NCBI GenBank assembly: GCA_963814375.1
Contig: CAWFCQ010000006.1
Location: 160,001 to 224,000 of the forward strand
DNA: 64,000 nt
Direction: 5' to 3'
DNA from: an uncultured Chloroflexia bacterium
GTDB lineage: Bacteria; Chloroflexota; Limnocylindria; QHBO01
Translations under genes and position numbers: made by a program
The notes under the pieces: generated by a model
Told to the model about the DNA's origin: nothing
Seen by the model: only the letters and a program-made list of their open reading frames with translations
Databases searched by the model: none
Shown: positions 17,472 through 27,995 of the stretch, piece by piece
Layout: every line of letters starts with the position of its first letter
How positions within the stretch are numbered: position 1 is the first letter of the stretch

Positions 17472-18850
17472 TCACGTCATCAGCCCCACCTGCGTCGAGC
17501 GCTCCTCGATCCACGCCCGGACCTGGTCGAGGCTCGTCACCCAGACGTCGTCGCGGGCCGCAAGCATGCCGATGATCTCGCCGTAGGCGACGCCCCAGTC
17601 CCGAAACTCGACCGAGCGCGGGACCGATGCCTGGATGTGCCAGTCGATCGACCCGAAACCCCCGACCTCGACGATCTCGTCGATGCGCTCCGACACGCGG
17701 GCTACCGCCGTGTCGACATCGGCGCCGCCGCGGAAGGCGGCCGAGTCCATGGCGAACGGCGGCAGCTGCCAGGTTCGCAGCGGCCGCTCGGCGGCCTCGT
17801 CGAAGGGGCGGTACGGCAGGCCGGCGCTCCGTCGGAAGCCGATGTGATCGTTGAAGGCGACCGAGCTGTCGTAGGCGAACCCGGCATCCTCGTGCGCCCG
17901 CAGGGTGGCGGCAGGGTTCGGCCCCAGATGCCAGTAGTGGTGCCGCAGGCCGCGCACCTCCCGACCCGACGCCTCCTCCAGTCGGGCACGCTCGTCGCGA
18001 AAGCGGGCCGGTTCTTCGAAGGACCGATAGCCCGCATGCAGTCCGACCTCGAAGCCGGCTGCGCCGAGGCGGGCCAGCTGACGCCGATACCGCTCGCCCC
18101 CGACGTCGTAATGCACGTCCTCCAGGGCCCCGGTCGGGTGGTGGAACGGCGTCACCGCGACGAAGAAGGTCGACCGAAACCCGTGCCGGGCCTCGAGCTC
18201 GCACAGCTCGTCGAATACCCAGAAGGCATCGGGATCCTCGTCGCCGCGTCGATGGCGTGCCAGCCGTGCGGCCTCCGTGCCCAGCGTTCGCGGCGCGCGT
18301 CGCAGACGCCAGGGGCGGCTCACCTGGCGCAGAAGTGCGTAGCGATCGGGCTCGTCGACGTCGTGGGAGAGGCCGATGCAGGCGCGCCGACCATCCGGCC
18401 AGCGCTCGGCGCGTACGCAGCCCCGTGGCGGACTCGATCGAGGCCGCGATGATCCCGATCCAGCGGTCCACCAGCGGGCCGCCATCGCGCCCATCGGCCG
18501 GCCGCCCAGCTCGACGCATAGCGGAGCCGATCGTGCTCATCGTGGGCGTCCGGGCCGGCATCGGCGTTCACACCATCGGTCAGGATCTCGCCGATGGCAT
18601 TGACGAGATCGACCTCGATCCGCGGTCCGATCTGGGGATCGGGCCAGTCACGACCGCCCGGATCCTCGCGGATCCAGACGCCCCGCGGGCCTGCGGGACC
18701 GTCGCCGCCGTAGGCGAGGTGGGGCAGGTCGGCGGCGTCGCGGCGATCGGTCAGGCGCGCCCGGAAGCCCGCCCAGCGCAGGACGTGGTCGAGGACCCAC
18801 TCGGTCCGCGGAGAGCGGCGTTCGACGACCAGCGCCAGCTCGTCGGGCAT
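17472..18850 (-). CDS. Polysaccharide deacetylase family protein; frameshifts near 18500 and 18412
   Basis: WPDG...LSHDVD, STFF, FEVGLH, GLRHHYW, GFAYDSS, GFRR, DWH. Confidence 0.8.
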
Positions 18851-18933
18851 CGCACTCCTCCGATGATCGCGTCGGGTCGCCGTCAGGGTGCCCTCGGCGG
18901 ACGGCTGGGTGGGCCGCCCTATCATATGCCGCC

Positions 18934-20086
18934 ATGCCCGCCGACCGACTCAGGCTCGCCTACCTGGCGAACCCGAACGAGACCCACACCCGCCGCTGGC
19001 TGCGCTGGTTCGCCGAGCGCGGCCACGAGGTCACCATCGTCGTGTCACCCGACGTCGCCGTGCAGCCGGGCATGCCGGACGGCATCCGCGTCGAGCACTG
19101 GCCGCCGTACGGTGGCGGCAGCCTCAAGCCGCTGCGCTACGTTGCGGCGCGTCGTGTCCTGCGGCCGCTGTTTCGGGAGATCGACCCCGACATCGTGCAC
19201 TGCCACTACCTCACCACCTACGGGTGGCTGGCCTGGCTCTCGGGCACCCGGCCCTACGGCATCACCGCGTGGGGCTCGGATCTCTTCTTCGACCTGCCGG
19301 CATCCCGCCGCAACGCGATCTTCGGACGCCTGGCGCTGCGCGGCGCCGCATTCGTGACCGCGGACTCGCGCGACCTCCTGCGCGCGTGCGTCGATGCCGG
19401 CGCTCGCGCCGAGCGCTGCGGCGTTCGTCCAGTTCGGCGTCGAGGTCGCGCGATTCGCCGCGCCGCCGGACCCGGCGTTGCGCACGCGTCTCGGGCTCGA
19501 CGGGCGGCGTGTCGTCTTCTCGCCGCGCACGATCATGCCGCTCTACAACCACGAGGTCGTGCTCCGCGCGATGGCGCAGCTCCCCGAGGATGTCCACCTT
19601 CTCATGAGCGCCCGTGCTGCGTACCCCGACGAGCTGGGCCGCATCGAGGGCCTGGTCGCGCAGCTCGGACTGCGCGATCGGACCACCATCCTGGACGGGA
19701 TCGCATACGAGGAGATGGCCGCCCACCATCGGCTGGCCGATGCGGTCGTCTCGGTTCCGACGACCGATGGCACGCCGGTGACGCTGTTCGAGGCCTTCGC
19801 CGCCGGCGTGCCGATGATCGCCTCGGACGTGCCGAGCCTGCGGGAGTGGCTCGGCGGGGTCACCCCGCAGTTCCTGGTGCCGGTCGGCGATGTCGCCGCC
19901 ACCGCCCGCGCGCTGCGCGAGGCACTCGACCTGGATCCTGCCGAACGGGCCGCCCTGTCGGCCCGTCTCCGGGCGATCGCCGCCGAGCACGGCGACCACG
20001 ACCGAAGCATGCGGAACGTCGAGGCCATGTATCGATCGGCCGCCGCGGGCCGCGTCCAGATCCCCGCGGCGCTCCGGTACGCATGA
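18934..20086 (+). CDS. Glycosyltransferase family 4; +1 frameshift near 19420
   Basis: HTRRW, PDIVHCHY, TAWGSD, then DGTPVTLFEAFAAGVPMIASDV in the second frame. Confidence 0.85.
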
Positions 20087-21448
20087 CCTCCCCGAGCGCA
20101 CCCGCCGCACGCGACGTGCTGTGCGTCGCCTATTTCTTCCCACCGTTGGGCGGCGTATCGGTGGCCCGCATGACCGCGTTCATCCGCCACCTCCCCGAGT
20201 CCGGCTGGCAGCCCATCGTCCTCGCGCCGAGCGGCACGACCTACCCGCTGCGCGACCCCGCCGGGCTCGCCGCGCTGCCGCCCGAGCCTCGAGGTGATTC
20301 GCGCCCGCAGCCCGGAGCCACATGCGCTGCGGCGCCATGCCGAGCGGCTGCGCCGTCCGCTGTCGCGGGCACGATCGGTGCTCGCGAGCGGCGCCGAGTC
20401 GACCGCCACGCAGGCAGCGCCGGTTGTGTCGGGGAGCCACGGCGGCCGGATGGCCGAGCTCCGACGCCGCCTTTTCTTCCCCGACGACCAGCTCGGCTGG
20501 GTCCCGCTCGCGGCCGCAGCGGGGATCCGGCGCATGCGCCGAGAGCGAGCCGACGCCATCTTCTCGAGTGCCTTCCCGATCTCGGCGCACCTCGCTGCCG
20601 GTGCCATCCACCGGGCCACCGGTATCCCGTGGGTGGCCGAGTTCCGTGATCCGTGGGTGGACAACGTGCTCGCGCCGCCGCTGCCATCGACGCATCGGTC
20701 GCTTCAGCGCCGGATCGAGCGCTGGGTCGTCACGCGGGCGTCGCGGGTCGTCCTCGTCACGCCCGGGCTGACGAATGCCTTCGCGGCGAGATACCCGAAG
20801 CACGTCGGGCGGATGCGCACGGTGATGAACGGCTACGACCCCTCCGAGCTGGCGAGGGAGGCGATCGAGCCATCCGGGGCTGACGGCATCCGCCTCGTGT
20901 ACACCGGGACGCTGGACCGGCCGCGCGAGACGGTCGCCTTTCTCGAGGGCCTGGAGCGCTTCGTCGCGAGCCGTTCCGACGCACGAGACCGGTTGCGGGT
21001 GGAGCTGATCGGACGTCGGAGCCCGGAGGTCGAAGAGGTGGCGCGCCCGTTCACCGCGGAAGATCGCCTCGGTTCGGTACTCAGCCTCGTCGACTTCGTG
21101 CCGCGTCACGAGGCACTCGAGCGGGTCGGATCGGCAACGGCCGCCCTTGTCATGCTTGGTGCCGGCCCGGGGATGGACCTCTTCGTCAGCGGCAAGCTGT
21201 TCGACTACATCGGCCTCGACCGCCCCGTCCTGGCGATGGTGCCACGCGGTGACGCGCGCGACGTGCTCACCGGACTCGGCTGGGGCATCGTTGCCGATCC
21301 CGATCCGGCCAGCGTTGCCGCCGCGCTCGATCGGCTCTGGAGCGGCGACTACCGGCGAGGACGGGCGGACCCGGAGGGACGCTACGACCGACGCGGCCTG
21401 ACGCGCGAGCTCGCCGCCGTGCTCGACGAGGCCACGACCGGATCGTGA
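20083..21448 (+). CDS. Glycosyltransferase family 4; +1 frameshift near 20288
   Basis: AYFFPP, FFPDDQLGW, PWVAEFRDPW, NGYD, YTG, SGKLFDY. Confidence 0.85.
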
Positions 21449-22635
21449 GCCGCGATCCGGCCGCGGTGCCACCGAGCGTGATGTGGCTCACCACCGACTA
21501 CCCGTGGGACGGCAACCCGTTCCTGGGCATCTTCCATCGGACCGCCGCACGCGCTCTCGTGCGCGCGGGCGTCGATCTGACGGTCGTCGCTCCCGCCCCG
21601 TTTGCGCCATGGCCGCTGCCCCTGCTGCGCGACCGATGGCGCCGCCACGCCGACGCTCCGCGCCAGGCGGCCGATGCCGGCGTGCCGGTCGTGCGGCCGC
21701 GCTACCTGGCCGTCCCGGGCGAGCCCGCCTGGGCGCAGACCGATCGGCTGCTGGCGGGCGCCGCCGCCGGCGTCCGCGCATCCGCATGGCCGCGGGCCGC
21801 GGTCATCCACGCCCACTACGCCTACCCCATGGGGATGGCGGCGCGCCGTCTCGCGCGTCGATTCGGCGTCCCGTACGTCGTCACGCTGCACGGCGACGAC
21901 GTCACGAGCTGGCCCGACCTCCATCCCGACGCGATGCCCGCCTATCGACGCGCCCTCGGCGGGGCGGCGCGCGTCATCGCCGTGAGCCATGCGCTGGCGG
22001 CCGACGCTGAGCGCATCGCCGGAGTGCGCCCGGAGGTGATCCCGATCGGGATCGACCTGGGCCGCTTCGCTGAGCGCCACGATCGAGCCGAGGGCCGAAG
22101 CGCGCTGGGCGCGACCGACGACGAGATCCTCGTGCTGATCGTCGCCTACCTCGAGCCACGCAAGCGCATCCGCGACCTCGTGGACGCCATCCACGCCATT
22201 GGCCCTCCGTTCCGGATCGTGCTCGTCGGGTCCGGGCCGGAGCAGGGCTATCGCGCCGACGCCGGACTGGTGGACTACATCGGTCCGCGCGCCAACGCGG
22301 ACCTGCCGCCGCTCCTCGCCGCCGGCGACCTGACCGTCCTGCCCTCCGATCGTGAGGGCCTACCGACGGCGCTGGTCGAGGCGGGAGCCGCCGGCCTCCC
22401 GATCATCGCCAGCCGTGCCGGCGGCATCCCCGAGCTGCTCGCCGACGATCGTGGCGTGCTGCTTGACAGTGTCTCCCCCGCGTCGATCGCCGCTGCCCTC
22501 CGCACCTTCGCCGCCGACCGACCGGCCGCGGCCAGCCGCGCCGATCGCCTTCGCAGCCACGTCCTCGCCGAGTACGACGCGAACGCCAGCGCGGCGCGGC
22601 TTGCGCGCATCTATGCCGAGGTCGTGTCCAACTGA
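21445..22635 (+). CDS. Glycosyltransferase family 4 (TuaC-like)
   Basis: IHAHYAYP, VVTLHGDD, IAVS, LPSDREGLPTALVEAGAAGLPIIASRAGGIPE. Confidence 0.9.
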   Translation: MSRDPAAVPPSVMWLTTDYPWDGNPFLGIFHRTAARALVRAGVDLTVVAPAPFAPWPLPLLRDRWRRHADAPRQAADAGVPVVRPRYLAVPGEPAWAQTDRLLAGAAAGVRASAWPRAAVIHAHYAYPMGMAARRLARRFGVPYVVTLHGDDVTSWPDLHPDAMPAYRRALGGAARVIAVSHALAADAERIAGVRPEVIPIGIDLGRFAERHDRAEGRSALGATDDEILVLIVAYLEPRKRIRDLVDAIHAIGPPFRIVLVGSGPEQGYRADAGLVDYIGPRANADLPPLLAAGDLTVLPSDREGLPTALVEAGAAGLPIIASRAGGIPELLADDRGVLLDSVSPASIAAALRTFAADRPAAASRADRLRSHVLAEYDANASAARLARIYAEVVSN

Positions 22636-22681
22636 GTAAACTTACTCACTGTACTGAGTAGACCTACCGCAATGGTGAGTA
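22633..22681. promoter_or_regulatory. TGAGTA/TACTCA palindrome array directly upstream of the AAA ATPase
   Basis: TGAGTAA-AC-TTACTCA (22633-22648) and further TGAGTA at 22655 and 22676; an AT-rich patch in 70% GC DNA. Confidence 0.7.
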
Positions 22682-23902
22682 ATGAAGCGCAAGCCGAAGG
22701 AGTATCGGCGGCCGGTCTTCGCCGAGGCGCTCGCCCGGGCGCACGAGCCGCGCCAGTTCATCCAGGTGCTCGCTGGACCGCGCCAGGTCGGCAAGACCAC
22801 GGTCGCGCGCCAGGTGATGGACGCCATCGGGATTCCCGGCCACTTCGCCTCGGCCGATGCACCCGATCCCGAGGACATCGGCTGGATCTACACGCAGTGG
22901 GCGATCGGTCGCCAGCAGGCGCGCATGGGCGGCCGGGCCGGCGGCCTGCTCGTGCTCGACGAGGTCCAGAAGATCCGCGACTGGTCGGACGTCGTGAAGC
23001 AGCTCTGGGACGAGGACAACGGGGCCGGCACGCCGCTGCGCGTCATGATCCTCGGCTCGGCGCCGCTGCTCGTGCGCCGAGGCCTCTCGGACAGCCTGGC
23101 GGGACGCTTCGAGATCATCCGCTTCACGCACTGGACCTTCTCGGAGATGCGCGATGCCTTCGGCTGGGACCTCGACACCTACCTCTTCTTCGGCGGATAT
23201 CCCGGCGCCGCACGGCTCGTCGGCAGTCACGACCGATGGGAGGAGTACATCCTCGACTCGATCGTCGAGACGAACCTCTCTCGCGACATCCTGCTCCTCA
23301 ACCGCGTCGAGAAGCCAGCCCTACTTCGCCAGCTCTTCCGGCTGGCCTGCACCTACTCGGGCCAGGTTCTCAGCTACACCAAGATGCTCGGCACGCTGAC
23401 CGATGCGGGCAACACCGTCACCCTTGCGCACTACCTGGAGCTGCTGGGCGGCGCCGGGATGGTGACCGGCATCGGCAAGTACTCGGGCTCCGCGGTGCGG
23501 CGTCGCGCCTCGTCACCGAAGCTGCTCGCGCTGAACACCGCCCTCGTCTCGGCCGCCGCCCGGATGACCCTGGCGCGTGCCCGGACGGACCATGATTTCT
23601 GGTCCCGGCTCATCGCCACGGCGGTCGGGGCACACCTGTGGGCACACGCCGATCCGGACGAGCTCGGCTGGTGGCGCGAGAGTAACGCCGACGTCGACTG
23701 GGTGATTCGCCCGGGCAAGCTCCTGCGCGGGCACTCGGCGCCGCTGGCGATCGAGGTGAGGACGGGGCATTCGCGGGGATCATCGGGGGCGCGCGCCTTC
23801 ACGCACGCGCATCGAGGCGCGCGCTCGCTCGTCATCGGCGCGGGAGGAATCCCGATCGAGGACTTCCTGGCCAGCCACCCGCGCGACTGGCTCGAGGGGT
23901 GA
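22682..23902 (+). CDS. AAA_14 ATPase with DUF4143 and a degenerate PD-(D/E)xK C-terminus
   Basis: GPRQVGKTT, LVLDEVQK, ILGSA, SLAGRF, FGGYPG, WWRE..DVDWV...AIEVR. Confidence 0.88.
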   Translation: MKRKPKEYRRPVFAEALARAHEPRQFIQVLAGPRQVGKTTVARQVMDAIGIPGHFASADAPDPEDIGWIYTQWAIGRQQARMGGRAGGLLVLDEVQKIRDWSDVVKQLWDEDNGAGTPLRVMILGSAPLLVRRGLSDSLAGRFEIIRFTHWTFSEMRDAFGWDLDTYLFFGGYPGAARLVGSHDRWEEYILDSIVETNLSRDILLLNRVEKPALLRQLFRLACTYSGQVLSYTKMLGTLTDAGNTVTLAHYLELLGGAGMVTGIGKYSGSAVRRRASSPKLLALNTALVSAAARMTLARARTDHDFWSRLIATAVGAHLWAHADPDELGWWRESNADVDWVIRPGKLLRGHSAPLAIEVRTGHSRGSSGARAFTHAHRGARSLVIGAGGIPIEDFLASHPRDWLEG

Positions 23903-23925
23903 CGCGCCTGGATGGCGCGTCACCC
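23897..23925. terminator. Hairpin between convergent genes
   Basis: GGGTGACGCGCC-TGGAT-GGCGCGTCACCC, 12-bp stem. Confidence 0.65.
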
Positions 23926-23936
23926 GGTGCGGCGGG

Positions 23937-24347
23937 CTAGCTGCCGTGAGACGCCGACTTGTCGTCGACGCCGTTGAAGAGGTATCCGGGATTACCCGGT
24001 GTCACCGGACGCCGCTTCATGCACGTGAATCCGTTCTGGTTCTTGTCGAACGTGTCCCACTGCGGGCCGCGGACAAAAGCCTCCAACCCGGCTCCGTCAA
24101 CGAGGCCAAACGCCGCGGAGAAGGCGTCGAACTCCGCTGTAAAGGTCGTTCCGTCCGCCTCGTACACCGGGATGCCCGCCAGCTCGAACCCGGCAACCGT
24201 CTCATTCCACCACCCGTCGCGGTCGACGCGGAAGTACCCGGAAGCTTCCGATGGGCAGCCGTTCGACGGTTTTGCGCCGATGGCCACCGTTGTGGTGGCG
24301 GCGAGCAAGAGGGTGGCAGCCACCACCGAGAGAAGCATGCGTCGCAT
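23937..24347 (-). CDS. Secreted hypothetical protein (2 Cys, DKNQNG loop)
   Basis: Signal peptide MRRMLLSVVAATLLLA; GGAGG SD. Confidence 0.75.
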   Translation of the reverse strand: MRRMLLSVVAATLLLAATTTVAIGAKPSNGCPSEASGYFRVDRDGWWNETVAGFELAGIPVYEADGTTFTAEFDAFSAAFGLVDGAGLEAFVRGPQWDTFDKNQNGFTCMKRRPVTPGNPGYLFNGVDDKSASHGS

Positions 24348-24486
24348 GGCGAGATCCTCCGTGACAGGCGGGTCGGGTTCGCCAGTGGCTCGGTGCGTCC
24401 CCGGCGGCCATGGATGTGGGCCCGCACGTCATTGCCTCCCGCGTCGTCCCCCTTATACATGCGGCCGCAACCGATGAGCACTTGCC

Positions 24487-24528
24487 TGTCAACGTAGATT
24501 GACAAGTGACGCGACGTGGGCGTAGCCT
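24487..24528 (+). promoter_or_regulatory. TGTCAA-N6-TTGACA operator overlapping the -35; -10 TAGCCT
   Basis: Inverted repeat at 24487-24504; TTGACA-18-TAGCCT, 7 nt before ATG 24536. Confidence 0.75.
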
Positions 24529-24535
24529 TGCACCG

Positions 24536-24757
24536 ATGACGACGATGCCTGAGGATCCCGCAGCCGCGATCGCGGCTGTGATCGGCCTCCGACGCCTGGC
24601 CGACCGCATGGAGCGCGAGGCAGTGGAACGCGCGGTTGACAAAGGATGGACCTGGCAACAGATCGCGCAGGCCCTCGGCGTCACCCGTCAGGCCGCCCAC
24701 AAGCGACATGCATCCCGGCTCCGAGCCCGGGGCCGCAGCTCGAAGGAAGAACGATGA
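24536..24757 (+). CDS. Small HTH DNA-binding protein
   Basis: LRRLADRMEREAVERA..GWTWQQIAQALGVTRQAAHKRH. Confidence 0.85.
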   Translation: MTTMPEDPAAAIAAVIGLRRLADRMEREAVERAVDKGWTWQQIAQALGVTRQAAHKRHASRLRARGRSSKEER

Positions 24758-25257
24758 ACCTGAAGCGCATGGGCGCCGACATGCACACCATCAAGCAGCT
24801 CCTGACCGAGGCCGAACGCATCTCGCGCGAGCTGGGTGAGGCTGAACCGGCAGCGGAGCACCTCCTCCTGGCGGCGACGGAGCTCCCCGATGGAAGCGCC
24901 GCGCGCGCCCTTGCACGCGTGGGCACCGATGCCGACGCGATCCGAGGCGGGCTCGTCGCCGAGCAGGCGGATGCCCTCATTGCGGTGGGCGTGCCGCGCG
25001 AGCACGCCGAGGCGCTGGCCGTCCCGCAGCCGCTCGGCGGCGCCGGGCGCCCGCTGCTCTACGCGGCAGGTCCGACGGCCCGCGACCTCTTCGCTCGGGC
25101 CGGACAGATGGCCCGCGCGGAGAAGCGCGGCTTCACCGGCGCCCACGTCGTTGCCGCTGCCGCGGAGGTGGAGCTGGGAACTCTCGCCCGCGTCCTCGAC
25201 AGGCTCGGCGTCGACCGGCAACGTCTCGCGGAGGCCGCTCGCGCCGAGCTGGCCTGA
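24754..25257 (+). CDS. Stand-alone Clp protease N-terminal domain protein
   Basis: AEHLLLA and GAHVVAA Clp-N repeats; ATGA overlap with the HTH gene. Confidence 0.8.
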   Translation: MNLKRMGADMHTIKQLLTEAERISRELGEAEPAAEHLLLAATELPDGSAARALARVGTDADAIRGGLVAEQADALIAVGVPREHAEALAVPQPLGGAGRPLLYAAGPTARDLFARAGQMARAEKRGFTGAHVVAAAAEVELGTLARVLDRLGVDRQRLAEAARAELA

Positions 25258-25262
25258 GGCTA

Positions 25263-25748
25263 TCAGGCCAGGGGCCAGCAGATCTCGGTGCGCACCTCTT
25301 CCGCCGCGACCGATCCCGGATCGTCGACGTACGACTCCCACGGGGCGGGCCCCTCGTCGCGTCCCTGCGCGTGGATCCAGTCGTGGAGCGCGTCGTAGGC
25401 GCCGGACAGGCCGTCGTACGAGCCGCGGTGGACCATGACGGCGGCCGGGCCGGCGGGCAGCTCGCTGCCACCGACCGAGCCTGGGTCGACCTCAGCCAAC
25501 GGCGCCAGGGCGTCGAGCTCGCCGCTGAGAGGGAAACCGATCTCGACATCGACCTGGTCGGGGCCGAACTGGTGGTAGCGGCCGTAGGGTGGGCCGCTCA
25601 TCTGGGCGCCGAGATCCTGGACGCGTTGCATCACCGCGGGTAGGTATCGATCGAACTGTGAGGCGAGGTCGAGCTCGCTCATCGGTTGGGTGACGCGAAC
25701 CGCGGCGGTCGGCTGCGCGGTCAACTCGCGGATCTCGGCCTCGATCAT
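25263..25748 (-). CDS. GyrI-like small-molecule binding protein
   Basis: [20 protein letters not shown]...[17 protein letters not shown]. Confidence 0.88.
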   Translation of the reverse strand: MIEAEIRELTAQPTAAVRVTQPMSELDLASQFDRYLPAVMQRVQDLGAQMSGPPYGRYHQFGPDQVDVEIGFPLSGELDALAPLAEVDPGSVGGSELPAGPAAVMVHRGSYDGLSGAYDALHDWIHAQGRDEGPAPWESYVDDPGSVAAEEVRTEICWPLA

Positions 25749-25815
25749 CGGGTTCACTCTCCTGCGGATCGCTAGACTCATGGGCGACCCACATCATCGC
25801 CCGAACGGAGCCGGA

Positions 25816-27549
25816 TTGAGCGAGGAGCGCGACCAGGCACCCACCGACCTCGCGGCCGACGTGCCGACCGATCGGGGTCGCACCGTTCACGGGTCGGCGG
25901 CGAACGCCGGTCATCGAGTCCTCGCCCCCGACGATGCCGAGGTCGAGGCGTACCTCGAGCAGGCGCTGCACGCGCCGCCCCCACAACGGGTCGAGACCGA
26001 GGCGCCGGAGCAGCCCGACACCATCGCGGTCCTCGACTTCGGCAGCCAGTTCGCCCAGCTCATCGCCCGCCGCGTGCGCGAGCTCAACGTGTACTCCGAG
26101 CTCCTGCCGCACGACACGCCGATGGCCGAGCTGGAGCGGCGGGGCGTGAAGGCCGTCATCCTGTCGGGCGGTCCGTCATCGGTCTACGACGCCGATGCGC
26201 CGAGGGCCGACCCGGCGCTGTGGTCAGGCCGAATCCCCGTCCTCGGCATCTGCTACGGGCTCCAGCTCATGGCCCACGAGCTCGGCGGCGAGGTGGTGCC
26301 GTCGGCGAAGCGCGAGTACGGCCCGGCGACCGTCAGCCTCACCGATGGCGACGGCCTCTTCGCCGGCCTCGATGGTGAGCAGCCGGTGTGGATGAGCCAC
26401 GGCGACGCGATCCTGCGGCCACCGGAGGGATTCCGCGCCACCGCCCAGACCGATGCCAGCCCGTACGCCGCACTCATCGACCCGGATCGCAACCTGTATG
26501 GGATCCAGTTTCACCCGGAAGTCGTGCACACGCCCATCGGGCGCGACGTCCTCCGCAACTTCGTGATCGGGATCGCAGGAGCACGCCCGAATTGGACCGC
26601 TGCGAACCTTGTCGAGACGACTGTGGCCGAGATCCGCGAGCGGGTAGGCGACGGCCACGTCATCTGCGCCCTCTCGGGTGGGGTCGACAGCGCTGTGGCG
26701 GCGACCCTGGTGCATCGGGCCATCGGCGACCAGCTGACCTGCATCTATGTCGATCACGGCCTGATGCGCAAGCAGGAGTCGGAGCTTCTGCGCGCGACCT
26801 TCGCCGAGCACTTCGGGATGCGGCTGGCGATGGTCGATGCGCGGGAGCGGTTCCTGCGCCGCCTTGCCGGCGTCGAGGACCCCGAGCAGAAGCGGCGGAT
26901 CATCGGCGACGAGTTCATCCGCGTCTTCGAGGAGGAGGCGGCGGAGCTCGGCCAGATCGACTTCCTGACGCAGGGGACGCTGTATCCGGACGTCATCGAG
27001 TCGACCACCGCCGAGACGAAGACGGCCCAGAAGATCAAGACCCACCACAACGTCGGCGGGCTGCCGGCCGACCTGCGCTTCAAGCTGATCGAGCCGCTGC
27101 GCTACCTGTTCAAGGACGAGGTGCGGCGCGTCGGGCTCGAGCTCGGGCTGCCCGAGGCGATCGTCCAGCGCCAGCCATTCCCGGGGCCGGGCCTGGCGAT
27201 CCGCATCATCGGCGAGGTGACCACCGAGCGGCTCACCACGCTGCGCGAGGCGGACTGGATCGTGATCGACGAGATCAAGGCCGCCGGCCTGTATCGGTCG
27301 CTGTGGCAGAGCTTCGCGATCCTGACGCCGGTCCGCTCGGTGGGCGTGATGGGCGACGGTCGGACCTACGCCAACGTCGTGGCGGTTCGCGCCGTCACCA
27401 GCGACGACGGTATGACCGCTGACTGGGCACGGTTACCCTACGAGGTGCTCGCCAGGATCAGCAGTCGCATCGTCAACGAGGTCCCAGGGGTCAACCGCGT
27501 CGTCTATGACATCAGCTCGAAGCCGCCTGCCACCATCGAGTGGGAGTGA
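25816..27549 (+). CDS. guaA: GMP synthase (glutamine-hydrolysing) with N-terminal extension
   Basis: [53 protein letters not shown]. Start is TTG 25816 or ATG 25780. Confidence 0.97.
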   Translation: MSEERDQAPTDLAADVPTDRGRTVHGSAANAGHRVLAPDDAEVEAYLEQALHAPPPQRVETEAPEQPDTIAVLDFGSQFAQLIARRVRELNVYSELLPHDTPMAELERRGVKAVILSGGPSSVYDADAPRADPALWSGRIPVLGICYGLQLMAHELGGEVVPSAKREYGPATVSLTDGDGLFAGLDGEQPVWMSHGDAILRPPEGFRATAQTDASPYAALIDPDRNLYGIQFHPEVVHTPIGRDVLRNFVIGIAGARPNWTAANLVETTVAEIRERVGDGHVICALSGGVDSAVAATLVHRAIGDQLTCIYVDHGLMRKQESELLRATFAEHFGMRLAMVDARERFLRRLAGVEDPEQKRRIIGDEFIRVFEEEAAELGQIDFLTQGTLYPDVIESTTAETKTAQKIKTHHNVGGLPADLRFKLIEPLRYLFKDEVRRVGLELGLPEAIVQRQPFPGPGLAIRIIGEVTTERLTTLREADWIVIDEIKAAGLYRSLWQSFAILTPVRSVGVMGDGRTYANVVAVRAVTSDDGMTADWARLPYEVLARISSRIVNEVPGVNRVVYDISSKPPATIEWE

Positions 27550-27558
27550 GGAGGACAC

Positions 27559-27990
27559 ATGAACCGACGCTCGACGCCCCCGACCCTCAGGGTGATCTGT
27601 GTGGTCCTCGCCGCGGCTGCCCTCACCGCGTGCGGGCCGGAGTCCGTCAGCCCTGATGCCGCGCTCGTCTGCGACGACATCGCGGTTCTCGACGAGGCCA
27701 TCGTGTCATTCCGCAATCTCACCCCCGAGACGGCGAGCGTCGACGAGTACCGCCAAGGGTGGGACACGATCCGCGAGGCCTTCGAGGTCGTCGTGATGGA
27801 CCGCGAGGCGCTCGCCGAAACCGACATGGATCGCATGCAGCAGGCGTTCGACGATCTCGGCTCCGCCGTCGAGGACCTGCCCGACGATGCCAACCTACCC
27901 GAGGCCGTCGAGACCCTGGAGCCCGCGATCGAGGAGCTCGGCGCGGCGCACGACGAGATCACCACCGACCTGGAATGCGTTCCCACCTGA
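27559..27990 (+). CDS. Putative lipoprotein, acidic helical
   Basis: LTAC lipobox; GAGGAGG SD. Confidence 0.75.
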   Translation: MNRRSTPPTLRVICVVLAAAALTACGPESVSPDAALVCDDIAVLDEAIVSFRNLTPETASVDEYRQGWDTIREAFEVVVMDREALAETDMDRMQQAFDDLGSAVEDLPDDANLPEAVETLEPAIEELGAAHDEITTDLECVPT

Positions 27991-27995
27991 GCCCT

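Noticed and set aside
24350-24420. ZTP or cobalamin riboswitch (ACTGGCG / GCCACTG / CCGCCTG on the minus strand)
   Set aside because: Only isolated words match; the required stems are absent and the downstream gene is unrelated.
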